Positions 19,137 through 27,561 of a stretch of 64,000 nt of DNA are shown in pieces (positions within the stretch are counted from its first letter, which is position 1; every line of letters starts with the position of its first letter). Both the position numbers and the translations under genes were made by a program. The DNA is taken from the NCBI GenBank assembly GCA_964546555.1, contig CAZJJX010000002.1, forward strand, positions 16,263-80,262. The letters run 5' to 3'. The notes under the pieces are model-generated. The model made no database searches, was not told where the DNA came from, and saw nothing but the letters and a program-made list of their open reading frames with translations. The stretch is from an uncultured Candidatus Saccharibacteria bacterium. GTDB lineage: Bacteria > Patescibacteriota > Minisyncoccia > Phycocordibacterales > UBA5272.

Positions 19137-19979
19137 ATGAATTACGCACTATTTGATGCACATGCACACGTTCACGATGTTGCCTACAAAGATGATATGA
19201 AGGAAATCTTAGACGAGATGAAGGCATATGGGGTTGGGGCGATTACTGTTGGGACAGATCTTACACGTAGTAAGGAGGCTGTTACTGTTGCAGATGCTTA
19301 CGATCACATTTATGCGACAATCGGACTCCACCCAGCAGATAACGTGACCGAAGAATTTGATGAAGATGCTTTTGAGAAATTATTACAGAGTTCACAAAAA
19401 ATTGTAGCAATTGGGGAATGTGGACTAGACTACCACTATATAGAAAATTTTTTTGAAAGAGACAAAAAAGAGAAGGGGGTATCGCACAATAAAGATGCTG
19501 AAGCAGATAGACAGCAAGCAATTTTTGAAAAACAAGTGCACTTTGCAGCAAAGCATAATCTCCCACTTATGCTTCATGGTAGACCAAGTAAAGGCAGTAT
19601 GGATGCATATGAAGATATGCTTTACATTCTTGAGAATGCAAAAAAGAAGTACGGCACGCTTCTTCGTGGGAACGCTCACTTCTTTGTTGGCACTATTGAT
19701 ATTGCAGAGAGATTTGTGCAACTTGGTTTTACGATGAGTTTTTCTGGTGTTATCACTTTTGCGAAAGAGTACGATGACGTTGTGCGATATCTTCCGTCTA
19801 CTATGATTCTTGCAGAGACAGATAGTCCTTATGCAACACCTCATCCGTTCCGCGGTAAGCGTAATAGCCCAATGTATGTACAAGAAGTTGCTGCACGTAT
19901 TGCAGTACTCCGTAACGAACCATTTGAAGAGACTCGGGTACAGTTGCTTGAAAATGTGCGAAGAATTTTTGGAATCTAA
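19137..19979 (+). CDS. tatD: TatD-family metal-dependent DNase/hydrolase
   Basis: 'FDAHAHV', 'IGLHP', 'AIGECGLDYHY', 'HGR' TatD motifs; classic metG-tatD linkage. Confidence 0.85.
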   Translation: MNYALFDAHAHVHDVAYKDDMKEILDEMKAYGVGAITVGTDLTRSKEAVTVADAYDHIYATIGLHPADNVTEEFDEDAFEKLLQSSQKIVAIGECGLDYHYIENFFERDKKEKGVSHNKDAEADRQQAIFEKQVHFAAKHNLPLMLHGRPSKGSMDAYEDMLYILENAKKKYGTLLRGNAHFFVGTIDIAERFVQLGFTMSFSGVITFAKEYDDVVRYLPSTMILAETDSPYATPHPFRGKRNSPMYVQEVAARIAVLRNEPFEETRVQLLENVRRIFGI

Positions 19980-20052
19980 TTTGCAATCTTTCTTAAAGTA
20001 AAGTAGAGTCTGATAGTTGTTCTTTATTAATGTCCTTAAAAAAGGTGGTTTT

Positions 20053-20430
20053 ATGATATTTGGGGTCTCTTTATTGTGTGCATTAGTGGGATGGGTTATT
20101 AACATGGTTGCATCGTCATGTGTATTTGTATTTCTAGATAAGAACATTGCAGGCGGTGCAGTGCTTAACAACATCAAGGTGATTACAAGTAATGATCTGT
20201 CTGCAATTAGTATGGGTTATTTTCTTAAAGGTGTTGCCAACATCTCTCAACGAACCGTACTCTTTTGTCTTCTTTTTAATCTCACTGTAAATACAGACAA
20301 CTTGTTTGTGCTTCTTTTTGTGCCAGTTTTTGTGAGTTTGGTAAGTATCGTGAGTCTACTTATTCTTGCAAAATTTTCAAAAACATTTTTTGGAAATCTT
20401 CTAGAACGTGGTAAAAAACAGCCACAATGA
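20053..20430 (+). CDS. hypothetical membrane protein
   Basis: AAGGTGG RBS before ATG 20053; 3-4 predicted TM helices. Confidence 0.4.
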   Translation: MIFGVSLLCALVGWVINMVASSCVFVFLDKNIAGGAVLNNIKVITSNDLSAISMGYFLKGVANISQRTVLFCLLFNLTVNTDNLFVLLFVPVFVSLVSIVSLLILAKFSKTFFGNLLERGKKQPQ

Positions 20431-20510
20431 CAGTATTGACTTTTCTTCCTAAAAAGCGCAGGATGTCAGGAGGTGCCCTCAGTTAACCCATACCAAAGAA
20501 GGAGGAACGT

Positions 20511-20852
20511 ATGGAATCAAGCCAAGAGTATTCCTCCTACTGGGGGAAACTAAAAGATAGGAAACGGATTAGCGATGACATAGTCATGATCGTTATCGCT
20601 AGCCATTCATTGTATCTTTTTGCAGATGATCCGCTGCTTCCTGTGCTACGACCACGAAACATAAAAAGAAAAGTATTTGTGGCCATTTGTAACAACAGTG
20701 TAGTACATGTAGAGTTATCCAAAGGTAGCGGTAAGGATGTTCAGGTGTCGCTCTTGCTTGATGTCCAAGTGACTGATAGCTACTCCCATGTTTCTCGTTT
20801 GCGAGACTTTTGGGATTCTGAGTCCAAAAATATGCTTCCTATTGGTGCCTAG
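20511..20852 (+). CDS. hypothetical protein
   Basis: Strong AAGGAGG RBS 7 nt upstream; followed by terminator. Confidence 0.45.
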   Translation: MESSQEYSSYWGKLKDRKRISDDIVMIVIASHSLYLFADDPLLPVLRPRNIKRKVFVAICNNSVVHVELSKGSGKDVQVSLLLDVQVTDSYSHVSRLRDFWDSESKNMLPIGA

Positions 20853-20857
20853 AGTGT

Positions 20858-20890
20858 CAAGGCCTTGCAGTTTGCAAGGCCTTTTCTTTT
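20858..20890 (+). terminator. rho-independent terminator
   Basis: AAGGCCTTGCA-GTT-TGCAAGGCCTT then TTCTTTT. Confidence 0.7.
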
Positions 20891-20918
20891 GCATAAAATT
20901 ATGGTATAATGCGCTCCT

Positions 20919-21431
20919 ATGACTAATGAAAATGAAACCACAGTAGATAGTCGCGTGTATGAAATTTCTTTCATCTTTGATAACAAACTAGATGAAAGCG
21001 CGGCGCTTGAAAAGAGTAACGCACTCAAGCAATCTATTGCTACCTTAGGTGGTAGCTTCATTTCAGAAGAAGCTCCGTATATGCGTGAGCTCGCTTATGA
21101 AATGATTCGCGTTGTTAATAATGTGAACGTTCGTTTTAATGAAGGATACTTCGGATGGATCAAGTTCAATCTTACTCCTCTAAAAGTTGTTGAGTTTGAA
21201 AAGGCTCTCAAGCTTGATGAGCAAATTGTCCGTTACCTTGTGGTGTCTACTGTTGCTGAGAACACTGTATACACAAAGCGTGCACCAGTTATCAAGGCTG
21301 AAACACTCGTTGACAATGAGACAGATGAGGTAGAAGTGATTGCTGATACTGTAAATATCGACACAACAAAAGATGCTGATATAGTCGAGCCAACAATCGA
21401 AACAGTTGCTGTTTCTGAGGAGACAAAGTAA
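20919..21431 (+). CDS. rpsF: 30S ribosomal protein S6 with acidic C-terminal extension
   Basis: 'YEISFIFD...GG.F...........RELAYEM......GYFGWIKF' S6 fold; rpsF-ssb-rpsR synteny. Confidence 0.85.
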   Translation: MTNENETTVDSRVYEISFIFDNKLDESAALEKSNALKQSIATLGGSFISEEAPYMRELAYEMIRVVNNVNVRFNEGYFGWIKFNLTPLKVVEFEKALKLDEQIVRYLVVSTVAENTVYTKRAPVIKAETLVDNETDEVEVIADTVNIDTTKDADIVEPTIETVAVSEETK

Positions 21432-21496
21432 AAGAGGAGATTTTGCTACTAGTGTTATACTATTAACTATCCACTAATAACTAATCACTATTTACT

Positions 21497-21958
21497 ATGT
21501 ATCTTAACAAAGTATTTCTATTCGGTAACTTAACTCGTGACCCAGAGCAAAAGTCACTTCCAAACGGAACTGCAGTCACGAACTTCTCGCTTGCAACTAA
21601 TCGTACCTATAAAGATGCAAATGGCGCACGTCAAGAGCAGGTAGAGTATCACAACATTGTTGTCTTTGGTCGCCAAGCAGAAACAAGTGCCCAGTATCTA
21701 AAGAAGGGTCAGGGTGTTATGATCGAAGGAAGAATATCAACTCGTTCATGGGATGACAAAACAACTGGAGAAAAAAAGTACCGAACAGAGATTATTGCTG
21801 ATGCTGTACAGTTCGGGCCAAAGTCAGGAGGGGCTCCTTCTGCTGAAGGGTTCACAGGTAATCCTGGGCCAACAAGTCAAAAGGCAACACCAGCAACTGA
21901 TCTCGATACGATTGATTATGGAGATGCTAATGTTAACCTCGACGACATCCCATTTTAA
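21497..21958 (+). CDS. ssb: single-stranded DNA-binding protein
   Basis: OB fold 'NKVFLFGNLTRDPE', C-terminal acidic tail ending 'DDIPF'. Confidence 0.9.
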   Translation: MYLNKVFLFGNLTRDPEQKSLPNGTAVTNFSLATNRTYKDANGARQEQVEYHNIVVFGRQAETSAQYLKKGQGVMIEGRISTRSWDDKTTGEKKYRTEIIADAVQFGPKSGGAPSAEGFTGNPGPTSQKATPATDLDTIDYGDANVNLDDIPF

Positions 21959-21972
21959 ACAGACAAAATTAT

Positions 21973-22072
21973 TTCATTTACTGCGTTACTTGAAATTTTT
22001 CTTCCACGCGTCGTACTAGGTGTACGACTTGGTCAGAAAAATTTCAAGTGCCTTGTATCTAAAACAATTTTC
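21973..22072 (+). ncRNA. conserved structured intergenic RNA element, copy C
   Basis: 'TTCATTTACTGCGTT...CCACGCGTCGTAC...CTTGG...GCCTTGTATCTAAAACAATTTTC'. Helix ACTTGAAATTTTT/AAAAATTTCAAGT covaries with copy B. Confidence 0.45.
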
Positions 22073-22186
22073 TCAGTTTAAAACCGTTTCACTTGCTTAA
22101 GAAATAAAATTATTAAATTATTAATATGAAGATAAAGAAAAAAGAATTCTAACTACATTCTATTCTCTACCTTCCACACTCCACAT

Positions 22187-22390
22187 ATGAAAAAACAAGA
22201 TCACTTTAATGCTAACAACATAAAGTTCATTGACTACAAGGACACAGAAATCCTCGTTAAGTTTTTGAACCCACACGCTCGTATTCTTAATCGCCGTAAG
22301 ACCGGTCTTACAGCAAAGAATCAGCGAGCACTTGCTAACGCTGTAAAGCGTGCACGTTTTATGGGGCTTCTTCCCTATGTTGCACATTAG
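22187..22390 (+). CDS. rpsR: 30S ribosomal protein S18
   Basis: '[10 protein letters not shown].....[26 protein letters not shown]'. Confidence 0.9.
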   Translation: MKKQDHFNANNIKFIDYKDTEILVKFLNPHARILNRRKTGLTAKNQRALANAVKRARFMGLLPYVAH

Positions 22391-22469
22391 TGCAACCGGG
22401 CGAACTTTGTAAACTAAGTTTTAGCCATACGTAGCGCACTAAGATACTTCTGATTATTCAGAAAAGACT

Positions 22470-22500
22470 AAAAACAATCTACACCTAGATTGTTTTTTGC
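22470..22500 (+). terminator. rho-independent terminator after rpsR
   Basis: AACAATCTA-CACC-TAGATTGTT + TTTTGC. Confidence 0.7.
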
Positions 22501-22546
22501 TTTTGAAGGGGATACACTTAATTTATTATTTAACTAGCTAAATTAT

Positions 22547-22959
22547 ATGAAAACGTTATTTTCATTTGAGGGGAGGATTACTGCACATGATTATAGGAAA
22601 AGTTGTTCTATTGCTACTAGAGTAGGCATAGCTGCCATCCTTGTTCCTCTAGTGGTTTTGGCTCTTGCGTTTCCAGGTGTATCTATTTTTAGAGATATTG
22701 GAAATTTATTCCCTAAAGGTCAGTCAGTATTGATTTTTTTATAATTATCTTTTTTGTACTATTGTCCATATCTTTTTTGATTTTTTTAACAGGAACAGCG
22801 AGAAGGTTCCATGATCTAGATAAGAGTGGGTGGTGGACTTTGGTGACATTCATTCCAGTTGTTGGTTGGTATTGGGTTAATGCAGAACTTTCTTTTACGA
22901 GAGGAACTACCGGTCAAAATCGTTTTGGGGATGATCCGCTTTCTGGTTCTACGGTATAG
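22547..22959 (+). pseudogene. DUF805 (YhaH-like) membrane protein split in two ORFs (frameshift or sequencing error at a T-homopolymer)
   Basis: ORF1 'FSFEGRITAHDY' = DUF805 N-terminal block; ORF2 'RRFHDLDKSGWWTL...GQNRFGDDP' = DUF805 core; they are separated by a stop plus a T8 run at ~22733-22745. Confidence 0.55.
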
Positions 22960-23080
22960 TTGCAGGTAACTAATAGTAACTAACGATCTTCTTTTTTGAC
23001 ATCTTTGTGAAGATGGTGCACTCTATGCTCGTAGTTTAAAAGGTCTTTTATTTGTGTAATCTTTATGAGATACTTCTAGT

Positions 23081-23572
23081 ATGGAAAATTTCAATAATCA
23101 AAATAGTATTATTTCTCCACAACAGCGATTAAAAAATGCTGAAGACGAGATGCTGTTAGCAAAGAAAGAAATGACAAACACTGTTGCAGGTGGAGGTCAT
23201 GCGATAACAGAAGATGGAAATACTTACACAAAATTAGCAGGCATTAATTTACCTGAAGTGTATGTTGTGCTTCGAGAAGATCTAGCAAACACAATAGATC
23301 TTGCTATGCAAGACCGCGATGTTGCGGCATTAAATATACAAGATTCTGAAAAGTCGCTCCTTATTGATGCGTGTGTGAAGTCTTTACATGAGGGAGAAAA
23401 TAGTGACTACCAGCTAGCATATAAGCCACTTCTAGAGAGTGGGTACTTCGACGACGATAAAATGTCAAAACGTTACGTACGGTATTATCAAGAAAATTAT
23501 CATGGTACGTTTAGAGATTACTTTAAAGCAATGGTGCAAGGTGAGTTGGAAAAGATTCGGATGAAAAAATAA
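23081..23572 (+). CDS. hypothetical protein (163 aa)
   Basis: ORF only. Confidence 0.35.
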   Translation: MENFNNQNSIISPQQRLKNAEDEMLLAKKEMTNTVAGGGHAITEDGNTYTKLAGINLPEVYVVLREDLANTIDLAMQDRDVAALNIQDSEKSLLIDACVKSLHEGENSDYQLAYKPLLESGYFDDDKMSKRYVRYYQENYHGTFRDYFKAMVQGELEKIRMKK

Positions 23573-23640
23573 AAAACAGAGGAGTGTGCTGTGTGACTGT
23601 TTTGTTTTAAATAGTGTAAAAAATTATTGTACAGGTGGAG

Positions 23641-23715
23641 TACGTTGACCTTTGGCAAAATCAAATTTTTTGGTGGTATGGATATATTATACGTGAAAGT
23701 AATTACTCGTTAAGC
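23641..23715 (+). promoter_or_regulatory. ~75-bp conserved upstream element, copy 1 (candidate promoter/operator)
   Basis: 'TTGACCTTTGGCAAAATCAAATTTTTTGGTGGTATGGATATATTATACG...AGTAATTACTCGTTA' ~90% identical to 24588-24665. Confidence 0.4.
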
Positions 23716-23818
23716 GCACTAGTTTTTATAAACAAAAAAAGACCTCTTAAGGGGTTTTTGTTGATATAAATTAGGTACAAATTGCTTTTTTTAAAATTTT
23801 GTATGATACACTGTTGCT

Positions 23819-24574
23819 ATGAGTATCCAATTTTCTTGGAGCGGTAATCTTACAAAGACTGAATATATTGAGTCCATTCTCAAACTCAGAAAGTATCTTA
23901 AGTATTTATTTTTAGTGTTCGTTATAAGTATATTTTGCATACCTTCGTTCTATCACCCGACTCTAGGTTCTGTAGTAACCCCCGACGAGCAGAGTGATAT
24001 GATGACGAGAAACATGGTTCTTATCATGTTAGTTCCGGCAAGTTTATATACATTATTGCGTATTTCTTTGCTTGTTAGGCGTTTAAATAATCTTGGGAAA
24101 AATGGAACAATGTATGGTGTTGTTCAAATAATTACAATCTCAGTACTCCTTTTCCTTTCCTTAAAGTATTTTTATGTAATCTTAGACGATAATACATTAA
24201 TTGTTTTTACGCTTATTGTTATAGGTATAGTTAGTTATTTTCAGTCTCATCTTGAAAAATTATGCGAACAGGGTGCCACTGTTGATACTATTACTATGCA
24301 AAATTCTGAAGGTATCCAGATGACTGATCAAGAAAAAGAGGCAGAGAATACAGCTATTGAAAAGTTAGATCAATACAACAGAAGAAATAGATTAATAGGC
24401 GCGATCTTATTATTTATTATGGTTGAGGGTTTTATTGGCTTACTTGGTTTAATTGCCGGAGCCACTAGTGGTAAGTGGCACCTTTCCATTACAGTTTTAT
24501 TACTTACCCCGATCATTTTATTTGCACTCTATTTAAAAAGATTTATTGGAAATAAAAGTATCAAGAATTCTTAA
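23819..24574 (+). CDS. hypothetical polytopic membrane protein
   Basis: 6+ hydrophobic helices, no motif recognised. Confidence 0.4.
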   Translation: MSIQFSWSGNLTKTEYIESILKLRKYLKYLFLVFVISIFCIPSFYHPTLGSVVTPDEQSDMMTRNMVLIMLVPASLYTLLRISLLVRRLNNLGKNGTMYGVVQIITISVLLFLSLKYFYVILDDNTLIVFTLIVIGIVSYFQSHLEKLCEQGATVDTITMQNSEGIQMTDQEKEAENTAIEKLDQYNRRNRLIGAILLFIMVEGFIGLLGLIAGATSGKWHLSITVLLLTPIILFALYLKRFIGNKSIKNS

Positions 24575-24587
24575 TAGATTTGAAAGA

Positions 24588-24665
24588 AGTTTGCCTTTGG
24601 CAAAATCAAAGTTTTTTGGTAGTATGGATATATTATACGTAAACAGTAATTACTCGTTAGTTGTC
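24588..24665 (+). promoter_or_regulatory. ~75-bp conserved upstream element, copy 2 (immediately upstream of ndk)
   Basis: 'TTTGCCTTTGGCAAAATCAAAGTTTTTTGGTAGTATGGATATATTATACG...AGTAATTACTCGTTA'. Confidence 0.4.
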
Positions 24666-24674
24666 AACAAAACC

Positions 24675-25298
24675 ATGTCAAAACCACATCATCCAAAAAA
24701 AGAAAGAACATTTGTAATCCTTAAGCCAGACGCTGTACAGCGTGGTCTAGTCGGGGAAATCATTAAGCGTTTCGAGCGTATAGGTCTTAAGATTGTTGGT
24801 ATGAAGATGCACATGGTTAACGAAGAAACGCTCTGGGCGCACTACAACAAGGATGATGCTTGGTATATCAAGAAAGGGACAAATATTGTTGCTAACAAGA
24901 AGTCCCTAGGTATGACCATCGACAAAGAGCCAATTGAATATGGAAAAGACATTATTAGGGCAATGGTTCACTATATGTGTGCTGGTCCTGTGGTGTCACT
25001 TGTGATTGAAGGTAATAACGCACAAGCAGTTGTTAAACGTCTTGTTGGAGGTACTGAGCCTGCAACTGCAGATACGGGTACAATCCGAGGTGATTATGCA
25101 ATCGACTCCTATCTTCTTTGTGATACTGATGGTTCACGCGGTATGCGTAATCTTATTCATTGTACAGATCCTGCAGACGGTGAAGGCGCATATGATCGTG
25201 AAGTTAATCTGTGGTTTACACAAGAGGAGCTTATGAAGTACAAGCTCGTTACTGAAGTCATGCTCTATGATATTAATCTAGACGGAATTACAGAGTAA
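24675..25298 (+). CDS. ndk: nucleoside diphosphate kinase with two insertions (207 aa)
   Basis: 'ERTFVILKPDAVQRGLVGEIIKRFE..GLKIVGMKM', 'AGPVVSLVIEGNNA', 'TIRGDYA', 'NLIHCTD' (active-site His). The ORF-track start at 24546 would read through the repeated upstream element, so start is taken at MSKPHH. Confidence 0.8.
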   Translation: MSKPHHPKKERTFVILKPDAVQRGLVGEIIKRFERIGLKIVGMKMHMVNEETLWAHYNKDDAWYIKKGTNIVANKKSLGMTIDKEPIEYGKDIIRAMVHYMCAGPVVSLVIEGNNAQAVVKRLVGGTEPATADTGTIRGDYAIDSYLLCDTDGSRGMRNLIHCTDPADGEGAYDREVNLWFTQEELMKYKLVTEVMLYDINLDGITE

Positions 25299-25446
25299 TT
25301 CTAGAGGCGCAACATAAAAACACAGCACCGTAGTGCTGTGTTTTTATGTTGAAGGGGATAGTGCTGTAGACTAATGAGGTATTAGCGCATATACTTGACG
25401 TACATATACGTTTATATTTTTATTTACCTTTGTATAACTTTTTTGT

Positions 25447-27510
25447 ATGGACCCACAATCAGATATCGCACAACCTAATGGCAAGCAGACACCAAGTACA
25501 GGTGTGCCACAAGTCCCGCAAACTTCTCCATTACCACAAGAGGGGCAAGTCTATACACAATCTCCAATGGGTGCAGCTTCTGAGGTTACACCTATACAAC
25601 AACAAGCTAATATGCCTGTGTACCCTCAGTCGGCGACTCATCAATATCCTCCGATGAACCCAGGTGTACCAGCACAAGTGTTCGCAAATGTTCCACCGAT
25701 GCAAGGAAGTGGGTACCCTAATCAAATGCCACCATATCAGCCGATGAGTATGCCTGGCCAAGGAATTCCGCAAGCACAACCTATGACGCAAGGAATGCCT
25801 CCATACGGAGGTGTGCAGCAAGGTGTGCCAATAAATGGACAACCGTTTCCTGTGCAAGGTCAAATGATGCCACCACAAGTACAGGTGCCACCTAGATCTT
25901 CTAAGAAAGTACTCGTTACAATTCTTGTGCTTTTGCTTACTTCTGGTGCCGCATACGGTATGTATGTTTATAAAGATACAATCAAGGCGCGTCTTCCATA
26001 TTTTGGAAGTGCAGTGGTCTTTACAGAAGACAATTTTACAACATCAATGATTGATAAGTTTAAAACGGTAAATTCAGCAGAGTATACCGTAAGTGGAAAT
26101 ATCTATGTTCGTGACCGTGAAAGTGGTGTCGTGAGCATGGATTCAAAAGCAGCGCCAACGCCGGAAAGAGTTGCTGCATATGCTCTTGATTATCAGAAGC
26201 TTCAAGTTATGAATGGTCTTATGTCTATTTTGCGCTACTCTTCTAAATCGACATACGTTAATGGTAAATACGTAACCACAAAAACATATCCTAAAAATCT
26301 TCTCGAGTTAAAGCAAGCTCAAACAAGTAGATATTCAGGCTCAGGATACTATGGTTCAAAAAGCAGTAGTGTCACAATGACTGACGACCAGATCATAGAT
26401 GCATATATTACGTACCTACCAAGTATAGATGGACAAGGATATACACTTTCTGTTCTTCTTGAAAACCAAGATGCAATTGCTGTTGCAAAAGAAGCTGCAG
26501 AAAAAAACATCTCTTACTATGTTCGTACAGATGAACAGAAATATAAAAATTCTGTTTCAGTTGATGGGGGACGTATTACCGTAAATCAGGATTATCCGAG
26601 TTCTATCTTTATCACAAGTGAGATACCAAAACCACTCTTAGCACAACTTGGTTTCTATCTCAAGGAGCTTCCTCAAGACTTTAAGCTTGCTGCTACCACA
26701 ACAATACTTTCCAAACTAGAAGAAGGTAAAAAGCCAGAACTTTCATCAAGTGTGACTGCAGAAGGGGATTTTTCTGATCTCTCATATAAGCTTGGACTTG
26801 ATGTGATCCTCAAAGAAGATATGCTTTATTATCATATTGCGAATTTCCCAGCACTCGGACTCTTTAGTGGACTTACTTCGCTTAAAGGTAAGTGGATAAA
26901 AGTTGATATGTCTCCACAAGCATCGTCAACAAAAGATATGTTTGGGTCTATGTCATTTGAAGTCCAAAAAGATCTTGAAAAAAATAAAGAGCTATCCAAA
27001 AAAACTTTAGGTATCCTTGCTCGTAGTGCTGATGCGTCCAAGCTTATATCGTTTGTGACTCCTCCTATTCATGAAAAGTTAGAAGGAAAAAATGTTACCA
27101 AGTATCAGCTTACGGTTAAAAAAGAATCACTCCGGTCGTTCCTTGATGCTCTGGAAAAAGAAGCAAGTGCTGACCCAGAGCTTGCAAAAAGTAGTAAAGG
27201 TATAGCTGAGTACAAAAAGGAGATCGAGAAGATGCTCGACTCGCCAGATTTTAATGAAGTTTACGATTATACAAAATCAAATATCTTCTTAACGGTATGG
27301 ACACGTGAAGACGGAGTACCTGTACGTATGGAGGTGCGGTTCCGTGTTGTTCCATCGTTAGAGTCAAAGAACCTTGCTGACAAGCAGATTGAAATAGTTC
27401 TTACTATGATGCTCAATAAAATTAATGAGACCATTATGATAGAAGAACCAAAAGACGCAAAGACATATAGAGAGGTTGTGGGCACAAGTACACGTGGATT
27501 CCTTTGGTAA
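25447..27510 (+). CDS. hypothetical bitopic membrane protein with Pro/Gln/Met-rich low-complexity cytoplasmic N-terminus
   Basis: ~150 aa of PQ-rich repeats (QPMxxGxP) then TM 'VLVTILVLLLTSGAAYGMYVY' then ~500-aa extracellular region. Confidence 0.5.
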   Translation: MDPQSDIAQPNGKQTPSTGVPQVPQTSPLPQEGQVYTQSPMGAASEVTPIQQQANMPVYPQSATHQYPPMNPGVPAQVFANVPPMQGSGYPNQMPPYQPMSMPGQGIPQAQPMTQGMPPYGGVQQGVPINGQPFPVQGQMMPPQVQVPPRSSKKVLVTILVLLLTSGAAYGMYVYKDTIKARLPYFGSAVVFTEDNFTTSMIDKFKTVNSAEYTVSGNIYVRDRESGVVSMDSKAAPTPERVAAYALDYQKLQVMNGLMSILRYSSKSTYVNGKYVTTKTYPKNLLELKQAQTSRYSGSGYYGSKSSSVTMTDDQIIDAYITYLPSIDGQGYTLSVLLENQDAIAVAKEAAEKNISYYVRTDEQKYKNSVSVDGGRITVNQDYPSSIFITSEIPKPLLAQLGFYLKELPQDFKLAATTTILSKLEEGKKPELSSSVTAEGDFSDLSYKLGLDVILKEDMLYYHIANFPALGLFSGLTSLKGKWIKVDMSPQASSTKDMFGSMSFEVQKDLEKNKELSKKTLGILARSADASKLISFVTPPIHEKLEGKNVTKYQLTVKKESLRSFLDALEKEASADPELAKSSKGIAEYKKEIEKMLDSPDFNEVYDYTKSNIFLTVWTREDGVPVRMEVRFRVVPSLESKNLADKQIEIVLTMMLNKINETIMIEEPKDAKTYREVVGTSTRGFLW

Positions 27511-27561
27511 AACGTTTCTTGTATGTTTGGAAATAAATTATTGATGCTACACTAACTGAGT

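Noticed and set aside
24546-24674. ORF-track N-terminal extension of ndk (MEIKVSRILNRFERSLPLAKSKFFGSMDILYVNSNYSLVVNKT)
   Set aside because: This stretch is the translated form of the ~75-bp intergenic element that also occurs non-coding at 23641. The conserved NDK sequence begins at MSKPHH (24675).
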